A stretch of DNA of 58,933 bases from Streptosporangiaceae bacterium (lineage in GTDB: Bacteria; Actinomycetota; Actinomycetes; Streptosporangiales; Streptosporangiaceae), in contig DATMMA010000109.1 in assembly GCA_035570295.1 (NCBI GenBank), positions 1 through 58,933 on the forward strand, written 5' to 3'. Shown piece by piece: positions 19,244 to 29,517 of the stretch. Below the pieces are notes generated by a model, which made no database searches, was not told the DNA's origin, and was given only the letters and a program-made list of their open reading frames with translations. Made by a program: the position numbers and the translations under genes. Every line of letters begins with the position of its first letter. Position 1 is the stretch's first letter.

Positions 19244-20043
19244 CATCCCTCGCCTGCACCTTCGCCGATTCGGCGACGATGCTGCGCCGCAACCTCAAAC
19301 ACCAGCTCCGTTACCCGTCACTGACGGTCATGCTCGCAGCTTTCCCGATCGTGTTCCTGTTGCTGTTCGTCTACGTCTTCGGCGGCCAGCTCGGCGCCGG
19401 CCTCGCCGGGCACGGCGCCGGCGGCCGCGGTGCCTACCTCACTTACGTCGTCCCCGGCATCCTGATCATCACCGTGGCATCCGGCGCCCTCGGCACCGCG
19501 ATCTCCGTCGCCACCGACATGACCGGAGGCATCATCGACAGATTCCGCACCATGGCCATCTCCCGAGCCGCCGTGCTCACCGGCCACGTGATCGGCAGCC
19601 TGTTGCAAACCCTCGCGGTCCTCGTGCTCGTGGCCGGCGTTTCCCTGGCCATCGGCTTCCGATCCCACGCTAGCGCCCTTGAGTGGCTCGCCGCCGCCGG
19701 CGTACTCGCGCTGTTCGCGTTCGCACTCATCTGGCTGTCCGCAGCGCTGGGCCTAGCCGCCAAGAGCGTCGAAACCGCCAGTAACACGCCCATGTTCCTC
19801 ACCCTGCTGCCGTTCCTGTCCAGCGGGTTCGTCCCCACCGCCAGCATGCCCGCCGGGCTGCGCCAATTCTCCGAATACGAGCCCTTCACCCCGGTCACCC
19901 AGACCGTCCGCGGCTTTCTTACCGGCGGGCCTGTCGGCATGCACGCGATCGCCGCCATCGCCTGGAGTGCCGGCATCGCCCTGGCCAGCTACCTCTGGGC
20001 GGTTCGTCTCTATAACCGCCGCCGGGCAGCCGAGCCGAACTGA
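19240..20043 (+). CDS. ABC-2 type transporter permease (DrrB-like)
   Basis: Six predicted TM segments. Its start overlaps the ATPase stop (ATGA), which is the typical DrrAB pairing. Confidence 0.85.
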   Translation: MTSLACTFADSATMLRRNLKHQLRYPSLTVMLAAFPIVFLLLFVYVFGGQLGAGLAGHGAGGRGAYLTYVVPGILIITVASGALGTAISVATDMTGGIIDRFRTMAISRAAVLTGHVIGSLLQTLAVLVLVAGVSLAIGFRSHASALEWLAAAGVLALFAFALIWLSAALGLAAKSVETASNTPMFLTLLPFLSSGFVPTASMPAGLRQFSEYEPFTPVTQTVRGFLTGGPVGMHAIAAIAWSAGIALASYLWAVRLYNRRRAAEPN

Positions 20044-20112
20044 CGGCGTGATCCGCCAGGCATCCGACTGCCGCGCGCGGGCTCAGGCGCGGTGGCGCGG
20101 GCGGGCTGCGGA

Positions 20113-20131
20113 AGCGGGCGTAAACGTGGCC
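20113..20131. repeat. Right copy (reverse complement) of the 19-bp inverted repeat
   Basis: AGCGGGCGTAAACGTGGCC is the exact reverse complement of 17513-17531. Confidence 0.8.
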
Positions 20132-20241
20132 AGCCTGAGGGAGCACTAAACGCGTCTCGGGCCGACCAGGCGTCAGGTGGAGCGAACGTGTGCCAGCCCG
20201 CGGAGCAGTCCGCCCGCGCCAGTGCGAGCGGGGACAGAGAG

Positions 20242-21522
20242 CTAGGCGGACTTCTCGCGCGGTGTGCGGCGGGCGACGTCCCGCGGCACCAGGGTCGGGT
20301 TCACGTTCTCCAGGACGACTTCGGCACTGATGACGACCTTCTCGACGTCCTTACGGCTCGGCACCTCGTACATGACCGACAGCAGGACCTCTTCCAGGAT
20401 CGCCCGCAGCCCGCGCGCGCCTGTCCCGCGCAGGATGGCCTGGTCTGCGACAGCTTCCAGGGCATCGTCGGTGAACTCCAGGTCAACCCCGTCGAGCTCG
20501 AACAGCCGCCGGTATTGCCGGACCAGGGCGTTCCGCGGCTCGGTCAGGATCCTGATGAGCGCTTCGCGGTCCAGGTTGTGCACGCTGGTGATGACCGGCA
20601 GCCGGCCGACGAACTCGGGGATCATGCCGAACTTGAGCAGGTCTTCGGGCATTACGTCGGCGAACCGGTCGGATTCGGTCTTGTCCGTCTTGACCCGCAG
20701 CACGGCGCCGAAGCCCATGCCGCTCTTACCCACCCGCGACTCGATGATCTTCTCGAGTCCGGCAAACGCCCCACCGCAGATGAACAACACGTTGGTGGTG
20801 TCGATCTGGATGAACTCCTGGTGCGGATGTTTGCGGCCGCCCTGCGGTGGCACCGACGCCGTCGTGCCTTCCAGGATCTTCAGCAGCGCCTGCTGCACGC
20901 CCTCGCCGGACACATCACGCGTGATCGACGGGTTCTCGCTCTTCCGGGCAATCTTATCGATCTCGTCGATGTAGATGATCCCGGTCTCGGCCTTCTTGAC
21001 GTCATAGTCGGCGGCCTGGATCAGCTTGAGCAGGATGTTCTCGACGTCTTCACCGACATAGCCAGCCTCGGTGAGCGCGGTGGCGTCCGCGATGGCAAAC
21101 GGAACGTTGAGCAGGCGGGCCAGAGTCTGCGCAAGGAGGGTCTTGCCGGATCCGGTCGGGCCGAGCAGCAAGATGTTGGACTTGGCCAGCTCTACGCCGT
21201 CCTCGCCGGACCCGGACCGCTCTCCGCCGGACTGAATCCGCTTGTAGTGGTTGTAGACGGCGACTGAGAGGCCCTTCTTAGCCTTCTCCTGCCCGATCAC
21301 GTAAGAGTCGAGGAACTCGTAGATCTCTCGCGGCTTGGGCAGGCTGTCCCACTTGAGCTCAGTCGGCTCTGCTAGCTCTTCTTCGATGATCTCGTTGCAG
21401 AGGTCGATGCACTCATCACAAATGTAGACGCCGGGCCCGGCAATGAGCTTTTTAACCTGCTTCTGGCTTTTTCCGCAGAACGAGCACTTCAGCAGATCAC
21501 CGCCATCACCGATGCGTGCCAC
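20242..21522 (-). CDS. clpX: ATP-dependent Clp protease ATP-binding subunit ClpX
   Basis: N-terminal zinc finger [11 protein letters not shown]...CDEC, Walker A GPTGSGKT, Walker [10 protein letters not shown]. Confidence 0.97.
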   Translation of the reverse strand: MARIGDGGDLLKCSFCGKSQKQVKKLIAGPGVYICDECIDLCNEIIEEELAEPTELKWDSLPKPREIYEFLDSYVIGQEKAKKGLSVAVYNHYKRIQSGGERSGSGEDGVELAKSNILLLGPTGSGKTLLAQTLARLLNVPFAIADATALTEAGYVGEDVENILLKLIQAADYDVKKAETGIIYIDEIDKIARKSENPSITRDVSGEGVQQALLKILEGTTASVPPQGGRKHPHQEFIQIDTTNVLFICGGAFAGLEKIIESRVGKSGMGFGAVLRVKTDKTESDRFADVMPEDLLKFGMIPEFVGRLPVITSVHNLDREALIRILTEPRNALVRQYRRLFELDGVDLEFTDDALEAVADQAILRGTGARGLRAILEEVLLSVMYEVPSRKDVEKVVISAEVVLENVNPTLVPRDVARRTPREKSA

Positions 21523-21808
21523 CTAGTTACTCCCTCTGCCCTGCTGGTCAGCCAGCCCTGCTGGCTGGCCAGTCAATCGTGCCATCAGACGCGACGAACC
21601 TTGTGCTACTAACTGTGTCCTGAGCAAACTCTGTGCTAACCCACTGCCTACTACTGGTCCGTGTGCTTAAAGTCAACGCCGGCGTAGCCAGCGTCCGCAG
21701 AACCTAGACGGTACCGCGTCGGCGACCCTTGGTGTGGCCTAAGGGATACCGCGTCGGCGCTCCTGGTCCTGACGGCCGCCTGCCCGACGACTGTCCTGTC
21801 CAGAGGAC

Positions 21809-22570
21809 TTAGGACGACACTACCTCGCTCTTGCGCTTTAGCATCGTCAGAACTTCATCCACCATGCCGTACTCCTTGGCCTCCGCGGCGGTGAAGAACT
21901 TGTCCCGCTCGATGTCCCGGCGGACCCGGTCTTCATCCTGACCGGTGTGCCGAGCCAGGATGTTCTCCATCGAAGCCCGCATCCGCAGGATCTCCCTGGC
22001 CTGGATCTCCAGGTCGCTGGACTGGCCGTAGCCGCTTTCGACAGCCGGCTGGTGGATCAGGATCCGTGAATTCGGCAGCGCGAACCGCTTGCCCTTGCTC
22101 CCGGCCGCCAACAGCACCGCCGCAGCAGACGCCGCCTGGCCGAGACAATAGGTGTGGATCTCGGGCTGGATGTACTGCATGGTGTCGTAGATCGCCATCA
22201 TCGACGTCATCGACCCGCCCGGCGAGTTGATGTAGATGAGAATATCCCGGTTAGGGTCGATCGACTCGAGGGTGATCAGCTGCGCCATCACGTCGTTGGC
22301 GGATGCGTCGTCAATCTGTACTCCGAGGAAGATGATCCGCTCCTCGAAGAGCTTGTTGTACGGGTTCATCTCCTTGACGCCGTAGGACGTCCGCTCCACG
22401 AACGACGGCAGCACGTACCGAGACTCGGCCTGCTGCGGCCTGGCATATCCCGGTCCTGGATACCTGACGGCGCCGTAACCGGCGATTCCGTGTCGAGCGC
22501 TCACTTCTGGTCCTCCCTGGCCAATGCCGCCGACGATCCCGGAGCTGTGCATCACCTCGGGCTTGCTCAT
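21809..22570 (-). CDS. clpP: ATP-dependent Clp protease proteolytic subunit (ClpP2-type)
   Basis: [27 protein letters not shown], and [14 protein letters not shown] with the catalytic Ser. Its start overlaps the clpP1 stop (ATGA). The N-terminal roughly 50 aa are an extension. Confidence 0.93.
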   Translation of the reverse strand: MSKPEVMHSSGIVGGIGQGGPEVSARHGIAGYGAVRYPGPGYARPQQAESRYVLPSFVERTSYGVKEMNPYNKLFEERIIFLGVQIDDASANDVMAQLITLESIDPNRDILIYINSPGGSMTSMMAIYDTMQYIQPEIHTYCLGQAASAAAVLLAAGSKGKRFALPNSRILIHQPAVESGYGQSSDLEIQAREILRMRASMENILARHTGQDEDRVRRDIERDKFFTAAEAKEYGMVDEVLTMLKRKSEVVSS

Positions 22571-23217
22571 GACACCGGGCCTATCGACGGCACCTCGCTC
22601 GCGTTTCTGACCACGTGGTCGACGATCCCGTAGTCGCGGGCCTCCTCGGCGGTGAACCAGCGGTCCCGGTCCGAGTCTTCCTCGATCTGCTCGACCGTCC
22701 GGCCGGTGTGCCCGGCGATGCGCTCGGCGAGCACCCGCTTGAGGAACAGGCTCTGCTCAGCCTGGATTCTGATGTCGGTCGCGGTACCGCCGATGCCGCC
22801 ATGGGGCTGGTGCATCAGGATGGCGGCGTGCGGCATCGCATAGCGCTTGCCCTGAGCGCCCGCGCACAGCAGGAACTGACCCATCGACGCAGCCATCCCC
22901 ATCGCATAGGTCGCCACGTCGTTCGGGACGTACTGCATGACGTCATAGATCGCCATTCCGGCATAAACCGATCCGCCGGGCGAATTGATATAGAGGCTGA
23001 TATCCCGCTTAGCATCCTCGGCCGCAAGCAGGATCAGTTCCGCGCAGATGCGGTTAGCCAGGTCATCATCGACCTGCTGGCCGAGGAAGATGATCCGGTG
23101 CCGCAGCAGGCGCTGGAACAGCATCTCGCTCAGCGGCTGAACCGGGGATTCGTTTGCCCTGGCAAGCACCCCGCTGCTGACGGCGATCTGCTGCCGGTCG
23201 TCGGGAGGCGTCGTCAC
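22567..23217 (-). CDS. clpP: ATP-dependent Clp protease proteolytic subunit (ClpP1-type)
   Basis: [44 protein letters not shown] at 23217, with AGGAGA 6 nt upstream. The ORF track extends to 23322. Confidence 0.93.
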   Translation of the reverse strand: MTTPPDDRQQIAVSSGVLARANESPVQPLSEMLFQRLLRHRIIFLGQQVDDDLANRICAELILLAAEDAKRDISLYINSPGGSVYAGMAIYDVMQYVPNDVATYAMGMAASMGQFLLCAGAQGKRYAMPHAAILMHQPHGGIGGTATDIRIQAEQSLFLKRVLAERIAGHTGRTVEQIEEDSDRDRWFTAEEARDYGIVDHVVRNASEVPSIGPVS

Positions 23218-23494
23218 GTGTGCTCTCCTGGTGTAGTTGGTCGCGCCTGTCGTTGACTGCGACCATAACCCGGCCGCGAGACGGGCTTCGCCGCCGAGTC
23301 CCGGTGTTCGCTTAAGGCGCACGCCACCGGGCCATTTTCCGGCTGTAGCGGCGCCTTCTCAAAGGCTTCCACCGGCAGCTCTATCGCAGACAGTGGCGCT
23401 GCGCGGCACGAGCCGCCGGCCGACAGCCGGGGCCTGAGCCGGAGCGGCGCAGCGGTGGCGGCCGGAGCTAGCGGCGAGTAGCGCCCTGCCGCCC

Positions 23495-24880
23495 TCAGTC
23501 CTCTTCGGACTCCTCGACATCGGCTTCGTCGAGATCCGCGTCGCCAGCCTCGGCTTCCTCGCCAGTTTCGGCCTCTGTCTTCACATAGACCGGCCGACCA
23601 GCCTCGTCAGTTACCCGGGCGCGCTCGGCGAGTACGGTCAGCGCGTTGCCCCGCAGCACATCAGCGGCCACCGCAGGCAGCTGGCCGTTGTCGCTGAGTT
23701 GCTGTGCGAGCCGGTCAGGGGCCACGCCCATCCGGTATGCCTGCTCCGTGACGTAAGCGCTCAGTTGCTCGCCTGTCACGCCCAGCTCCTCCTGGGAGGC
23801 GATCTTGTCCAGGATGAAACCGGCCTTCACCGAACGCCGGGCATCTGCCTCGAAATCCTCCTCGAGCTTGGCCTGCGTCGTATCCGCGGACTCCAGGTAG
23901 CTCTTCATGCTGATGCCAGCGCGCTCAAGCTGGTCGCGCATGGACTGACGCCGCGCCTCGATCTCGGCGGCGAGCAGCTTTTCCGGCAGCGGGATGTCGA
24001 CTCGCTCGATCAGCTCATCCAGCAGCCGTTCCCTGGCCTGGCCTGCCTGGCCTTGCTGCCGCATTGCCTCCAGCTGTCGCCTGGTCGATGCGCGCAGCTC
24101 GCCAACCGTGTCGAACTCGCTCGCCGACTGGGCGAACTCGTCGTCTAGCTCCGGCAGCTCTTTGACCTTCACCGAGTTGACGGTCACCAGCACGTCAGCC
24201 GTCTTGCCCGCCTGCTGGCCGCCTGCCAGTTCGGTCGTGAAGGTAGCGGACTCGCCAGCCGACATCCCCGTCAGCGCCTCATCGAGTCCGTCCAGCATGG
24301 ACTCGGTGCCCACCTCGTAGGACACGCCGGAGGCCTGAGCATCGTCGACCGCCTTGCCGTCGATCGTGGCAGCCAGGTCGATAGACACGAAATCACCGGT
24401 CTGCACCGGCCGGTCTACAGTCTTGAGCGAGGCGAACCGCTCCCGTAGCGCGCGAAGGTACTCCTCCACCTGGTCGGGATCCACTTCGGCGTTATCCACC
24501 GTTACCGACAGCTGCTCCAGGTCGGGCAACTCGAAGCTGGGCCGGACGTCGACCTCAGCGGTGAAGGCCAGTTCCTTGCCGTCGTCCAGCCTGGTGACCT
24601 CGATTTCGGCCTGCCCGAGGGGCACCACGTCATGCTCGGCGACCGCCTTGTTGTACAGCTCGGGTACTGCCTCGTTGACTGCCTGCTCGAGCACGTGTGT
24701 GCGGCCGATGCGCGTGTCAATGACCCGGGGCGGGACCCGACCAGGCCGGAATCCGGGGATCCTGACCTGCTTGGCCACCTCCCGGTAGGCCTTGTCGAGG
24801 CTCGGCTTGAGTTCCTCGAACGGGACTTCGATTGTCAGCTTGACCCTGGTCGGGCTTAGCTCTTCGACGTCGGTCTTCAC
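23495..24880 (-). CDS. tig: Trigger factor
   Basis: Starts MKTDVEELSPTRVKLTIEVPFEELKP. GFRPGRVP ribosome-binding loop and an acidic C-terminal tail. Sits upstream of clpP1P2X as in other actinobacteria. Confidence 0.95.
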   Translation of the reverse strand: MKTDVEELSPTRVKLTIEVPFEELKPSLDKAYREVAKQVRIPGFRPGRVPPRVIDTRIGRTHVLEQAVNEAVPELYNKAVAEHDVVPLGQAEIEVTRLDDGKELAFTAEVDVRPSFELPDLEQLSVTVDNAEVDPDQVEEYLRALRERFASLKTVDRPVQTGDFVSIDLAATIDGKAVDDAQASGVSYEVGTESMLDGLDEALTGMSAGESATFTTELAGGQQAGKTADVLVTVNSVKVKELPELDDEFAQSASEFDTVGELRASTRRQLEAMRQQGQAGQARERLLDELIERVDIPLPEKLLAAEIEARRQSMRDQLERAGISMKSYLESADTTQAKLEEDFEADARRSVKAGFILDKIASQEELGVTGEQLSAYVTEQAYRMGVAPDRLAQQLSDNGQLPAVAADVLRGNALTVLAERARVTDEAGRPVYVKTEAETGEEAEAGDADLDEADVEESEED

Positions 24881-25138
24881 CTGGGGTCGCTTCCTGGAAA
24901 GAGATCATTCCGCTGGCTGGCGCTCTCGCGCGGGCCGGACTTGCTGTCACTCACGGCTGTTGGGCGCCAAGTCTAGGCCAGTCCCGCCAGGTTCACCCGG
25001 CACGGGTGATGATCACGGGAACTCGGCCGCCGCACGATAGCGAAGTAGGAGTACTCGAGGTGTAGTCGGCGTGCCTCAGAACCGCGCAAGTGCGGTAGCC
25101 AGGCGCGAACCGGCCGTCCAATCCTCCAGGAGGCGAGA

Positions 25139-26170
25139 ATGACCGAACCGCGGAGCGGCCCGGCCAACCAGGGGGGTCAGCCAGGCGGGTACGGACCGTC
25201 GGGCAGCGGCCCGCCAGCCGATTCGGGCCAGGGCAACATCGGCTCCGGCGACATGGGACGGGCCAGTAGAGGCGCCAGCAGCGTCGGCGGACCCGGCCAG
25301 GAAACGGGAGGCTCAGGCCTTCCAGACGAGGGAACGCGTCAGGGTGCTGCCTCGGGCGAGGGCGCTACCCAGGGCGGCGTGAAGACGCGCACCACACCAG
25401 CTCAGGCCACAGTTCCGCAGCAGTACGGCCCGCAGGGTGAGCGCGCAATGGAAGGCGAAGCGGCCGGGGCGCCCGGCCTGGGAGCCAGGACCGCAATGAT
25501 CGCAGGTGCGGCGGGCCGGGCCTGGCCAGGGGTTCTCCTCTGCGGCCTGGGCATGATCGCGCTAGGCATCATGCTGCTGGTCTGGCCGGCTGCGGCGCTG
25601 ACCCTCGTCGCGGTCCTCATCGGCGCGGCCGTGCTCGTCGCCGGGCTCGTCAAGCTGTTCGAGGCGTTCACTGCGAGCAACCACAGTGGCGGCATGCGCG
25701 CGGGTTACATCGCGATCGGGCTGCTCGCCGTGCTTGCGGGGACCTACCTGATGCTGCACCACGCACTCAGCCTGTTCCTGCTCGCCTTCGTGACCGGCGT
25801 GTTCTTCATCGCGCACGGAGTCGCCGACATCGGCGCGGCGATCTCTGGCGACGTACCGGGCCGTACCTTGCGCGCTGTGCTCGGCGTGTTCAGCTGCGCA
25901 GCCGGGATCATCATGGTGGTGTGGCCCGCAATCAGCCTTGCCCTGCTGGTGACGCTTGTCGCCGCCTGGCTGCTGTTCTATGGCCTGGTGCTTGGCGGCC
26001 TCGCTTACAGCCTGCGCAAGGCGTCGAAGGAGGGCACTGGTGGCGCCGCGAAGGGCGCGCCGTCATTCAGGAGGAGAAAACTGGCCGCAAGCACGCGGTT
26101 AGCCGGCCGGCCGCCAGGCAGGCCAGTCGTGCACATAGGTCAGCACAGCGGTGACTCCGCCCGGAACTAG
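25139..26170 (+). CDS. HdeD/DUF308-type membrane protein with a Gly/Ser/Gln-rich N-terminal region
   Basis: Repeated TM hairpins with LLVWPAAAL and MVVWPAISL motifs typical of DUF308. AGGAGG RBS 6 nt upstream of the ATG. Confidence 0.7.
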   Translation: MTEPRSGPANQGGQPGGYGPSGSGPPADSGQGNIGSGDMGRASRGASSVGGPGQETGGSGLPDEGTRQGAASGEGATQGGVKTRTTPAQATVPQQYGPQGERAMEGEAAGAPGLGARTAMIAGAAGRAWPGVLLCGLGMIALGIMLLVWPAAALTLVAVLIGAAVLVAGLVKLFEAFTASNHSGGMRAGYIAIGLLAVLAGTYLMLHHALSLFLLAFVTGVFFIAHGVADIGAAISGDVPGRTLRAVLGVFSCAAGIIMVVWPAISLALLVTLVAAWLLFYGLVLGGLAYSLRKASKEGTGGAAKGAPSFRRRKLAASTRLAGRPPGRPVVHIGQHSGDSARN

Positions 26171-26199
26171 TAGTCCGGGCGGAGTCACCGCTTTATCTG
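26148..26199. terminator. Strong bidirectional intrinsic terminator between convergent genes
   Basis: 18-bp perfect stem GCGGTGACTCCGCCCGGA / TCCGGGCGGAGTCACCGC with an 8-nt loop (ACTAGTAG), followed by TTTATCTGT. The left arm encodes the last residues of the DUF308 protein. Confidence 0.7.
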
Positions 26200-29100
26200 T
26201 ATCGGAAAGATTGCTGCTTGGCGGGAGAGTGCCCCGCTATCCAGGCTTTGTCAGTAGTTCTGCCGCTGCGGGCGGCGTAACAGCGGATCGGGCGGCGTAA
26301 CAGCAGATCCAGCCGGCGGCCCTGAGCGATGGCCTGCCGCCGGTTCGCGACACCCAGCTTCCGGTAGACCGAGCTGAGGTGCGTCTTGATGGTGTTAATC
26401 GACAGGAACAGCGCCTCGGCGATCTCCTGGTTGGTCATGTGCGAGGGGAGGAACCGCAGCACGGCGAGTTCGCTGTCGGTCAGCAGAGCAGCAGGATGGC
26501 TCCCTGCCGGTCGCCGCAGCCGCCCGTCGAATCGGTCCAGGATCCGGCTGGCGAAGCCGGCGCTGCGGCTGGACGGCGAAACCAGGACGGTCAGTGCCGA
26601 CCTGACGGGCGGGCCTGCCGCGACAAACGGACCGCAGGCCTCTTCAGGCTCGGCGAGCGCCAGGGCCAGCGACAGCAACTCGGCGGCTTCACCGGACTGA
26701 TTGAGCCGCCGGTGGGCGACGACTGCGGTGAGCAACGCCGCGATCCGGTCAGTGACCGCGCACGTCCCGGCAGTGCCCGTGATGAGCGGCGTCACCTGCT
26801 CGATCGCACCCTTGTCGTCGCAGTCGGCGATCAGCAGCCTGGCCTCGCAGATGGCAGCCTCTGGCTGAGCCACCGCCTCGGCTGCCGCGGCAGGCGCGCC
26901 GGGCTCAGCAGGACTGCCGGGGTTCATCACCAGGTCAGCCAGCGTCACCCTGGCCCGTTCACGTTCGCCGGCGGCGAGGCTGATCTCGGCGTCCAGGACC
27001 GCGATGATCGCTGCAGCGCCGTACCCCCGGGCCGAGTGCGCCGGCAATTCCGGCACGCTGGGGCTATATCCGGCCTGCGCCGCGCCCGCGACCGCGTCGG
27101 TCAGCCAGCGGACTAGCCCGCGGGCACCGGCCAGGTTGCCCTCGGCCACCGCAAGCCTGGCTCGCAAGAAGCCGCTGAGAACGGCGATCGAGGGCTCGCC
27201 AGCCGGCCGCGGGGCCATTGCCGCGAGGTCAGCCTGGTCAAGCAGAGTTCCGGCAGCGTCCGGCTCATCCCTGGCCAGGCTGACCGCCGCCCCGGCGAGT
27301 GCCAGCACCGGGCGCAGGGCGTCGTCCGCGCCATGCGGTCCGTCGGAAACGCTGGCGGCTAGCCTGGCCGCAGCAGCCAGGTCGCCGTAGAGCGCGCAGG
27401 CGACTGCCTCAAAGGCGCGGCCTCGTTCCCGTAGCGCCAGCAGGGCGCCGGCCGACAGCTGCGAACTTGCATGCAGCAGCGCCACCCGGGCCAGCTGACT
27501 GTCGAACTCGCGCAGCGCGGCAAGGCCGAGAGCAAGCCAAAGTACCCCGACCGCGCGGTGCTCCGGCCTGCCGCGCGGGTCTGTGTGCACCTGGCTCGCC
27601 AGGGCCCACTCACGATCCAGCCAGCCCGGCGCGGCGGCGCTGACCGTGGCCTTGTGCAGAACCCGAAGTGCCGCGACCCAGATCTCAACCTCGCCCGGCT
27701 TCGAGCACGTATCCCCGGGGCCCTCTCCTCGCGCGCCAGGAGCTCCGGTTGTGGCGAGCACGCTCTCCGCTGTCTCCAGGTGCGGCAGCGCGCCGTCGGC
27801 GTCGCCCTGCCAGAGGCGCGCGGCGGCGAGCGCGACAGCGAGCATGCCATCGGCGGCTACCTGGCCGGGCGGCACCAAGGCGAGCGCTGCTTCCAGCACC
27901 GGCGCGGCTGGTGAGAGCAGGACCGCGGGCCCTGCGTCGCGCAGCAGTTCCACGCCGAACTCCCAGTCGCCGGCGCTGGCTGCTGCCTGCACGGCAGCAA
28001 GCACATCGCCCCGGTCTGCGTGCCATCGGGCGACTCGCCCTTGCAGCACCGGGACCTCGTCCGGCAGTTCACGGCACAGATCGGCGAACAGCACCTCGCG
28101 GAGCATGGGGTGGTACCGGTATTCGGCAGCGTCTGGCGATACCGGCTGCACCAGGCCGCAATCCCTGCTCAATTGCTCGAGCAGGCGAGCGGCGCCAGCC
28201 TCGTCCGTCAGGTCGCGGGCCAGGTCGGCCGGGACGGTCGGGGTCAGGCAGCTGCGCAGCATAAACGTCCTGACCCCGGGCGCAAGCTGGCTGAGCAGTT
28301 CGTCTCGCAGGTAGTCGGCGACCGGAGCCACCGGCCCGGTCGCCGTGCTGGCCGGGGGCGCCGGGCTGGCAGAGGACGCCGTGCTAGCCGAGACCGCTGG
28401 GCCGACCGGGGCCGCTGGGCCGACCGGAGCTAGGCCCGCCGGAGCTAGGCCCGCCGGAGTTGGGCCAGCCGGAGCTGGGCCGAGCGCGGTTAGCCGCAGG
28501 CCAGCCAACCATCCTTCGGTCCGTTTGAAGACCTGATCGCAGTCGGCCGGGTTAAGCGGCGCGCCGAGCATCGCGAAATATGCCGCGGTCTCCTCCGCCG
28601 TGCAGGCAAGGTCGGCGGCGCCGATGTCGGCGAGTTCGCCGGCCAGCCGGAGGCGCGCCAGCGCCAGGCCGGGCGCCGACCGCGAGGCCAGCAGCAGCCG
28701 CAATCCGGCCGGCTCGTGCCTGATCAGCTCGTCCAGGCCGGCCAGCGCTTCGCTTCCGGCCAGCAGATGCACGTCGTCGAGGACCAGCACCACCGGCTCG
28801 GCCGCGCGCCGGACGATCGCGGCCATCCATTGCGGGATCTCGGCGGCAGCGATGCCCGGCGGCGGGCCGGCGACGCCGGCTAGGCCGGGCGGCGCGGCCG
28901 ATCTGCTGGCCGTCATGGCGCCCGCACTGGACAGCGCAGCGGTCACGTATCGCCAGAACCGGCTCGGCTCGCGATCGGAGGCGTCGAGACTCACCCAGGC
29001 AGGCCGGTGGCTGGCTGGCTTCGCCGCTGCCCACTGAGCAGCCGCGACGGTTTTACCAGAACCTGGGGGCCCGGTCATCAGCGTGACGCGACGACTTACG

Positions 29101-29237
29101 CCAGCCTCGATGAGGTCGCCGACCCGGCGGCGCGGCAGGACCGCAAGCCCTGGCCGCGGCACCCGCAGCTTGTCCTCGAGCAGCTCGGCATCGAGCTGCG
29201 TCGCGGACAGCGCAGGACTGCTCACCATGCTCGTCAT
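26193..29237 (-). CDS. Large ATP-binding LuxR-family regulator (LAL / MalT-like)
   Basis: N-terminal P-loop GPPGSGKT, a long Ala/Leu-rich helical-repeat middle region, and a C-terminal LuxR HTH (LTDSELAVLRFLPSHMTNQEIAEALFLSINTIKTHLSSVYRKLGV). Confidence 0.85.
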   Translation of the reverse strand: MTSMVSSPALSATQLDAELLEDKLRVPRPGLAVLPRRRVGDLIEAGVSRRVTLMTGPPGSGKTVAAAQWAAAKPASHRPAWVSLDASDREPSRFWRYVTAALSSAGAMTASRSAAPPGLAGVAGPPPGIAAAEIPQWMAAIVRRAAEPVVLVLDDVHLLAGSEALAGLDELIRHEPAGLRLLLASRSAPGLALARLRLAGELADIGAADLACTAEETAAYFAMLGAPLNPADCDQVFKRTEGWLAGLRLTALGPAPAGPTPAGLAPAGLAPVGPAAPVGPAVSASTASSASPAPPASTATGPVAPVADYLRDELLSQLAPGVRTFMLRSCLTPTVPADLARDLTDEAGAARLLEQLSRDCGLVQPVSPDAAEYRYHPMLREVLFADLCRELPDEVPVLQGRVARWHADRGDVLAAVQAAASAGDWEFGVELLRDAGPAVLLSPAAPVLEAALALVPPGQVAADGMLAVALAAARLWQGDADGALPHLETAESVLATTGAPGARGEGPGDTCSKPGEVEIWVAALRVLHKATVSAAAPGWLDREWALASQVHTDPRGRPEHRAVGVLWLALGLAALREFDSQLARVALLHASSQLSAGALLALRERGRAFEAVACALYGDLAAAARLAASVSDGPHGADDALRPVLALAGAAVSLARDEPDAAGTLLDQADLAAMAPRPAGEPSIAVLSGFLRARLAVAEGNLAGARGLVRWLTDAVAGAAQAGYSPSVPELPAHSARGYGAAAIIAVLDAEISLAAGERERARVTLADLVMNPGSPAEPGAPAAAAEAVAQPEAAICEARLLIADCDDKGAIEQVTPLITGTAGTCAVTDRIAALLTAVVAHRRLNQSGEAAELLSLALALAEPEEACGPFVAAGPPVRSALTVLVSPSSRSAGFASRILDRFDGRLRRPAGSHPAALLTDSELAVLRFLPSHMTNQEIAEALFLSINTIKTHLSSVYRKLGVANRRQAIAQGRRLDLLLRRPIRCYAARSGRTTDKAWIAGHSPAKQQSFRYR

Positions 29238-29517
29238 CGCACCCCCGAGTGACTGACCGCAACGTCAGCCGCAGCGCGCGGGCCGGCGAAAGTGCGGATC
29301 CGATCGGTTGGCCGCCCGCGACCGCACTCACCCGTTGCGGTGAAACTGCAGCTCAAAGCCCCGTCTTCGGCATACCCCAGCGGGTGGCGCACCAATCAGA
29401 GCGACCCGCTATGTAGTGCTTCGCGAGGCAAGTTCCTCCCGCCGGTGCGCGACCCGGATCACCCGCGAAGTATGTTGCCGGGTCCTCGCGCCATCCGTAC
29501 CGTCCGCATGACCGCGG

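Noticed and set aside
17481-20165. Calling the MarR-ABC module a transposon or mobile element
   Set aside because: It has flanking 19-bp inverted repeats only. I saw no transposase, integrase or clear target-site duplication, so it is reported as a repeat pair and not as a mobile element.
24881-25138. A possible tRNA gene upstream of tig, a position where some actinobacteria have tRNAs. I also checked the other intergenic gaps (3087-3304, 5138-5337, 29238-29517).
   Set aside because: I found no cloverleaf-compatible sequence and no GTTCGAATC-type T-arm motif in any of these gaps.
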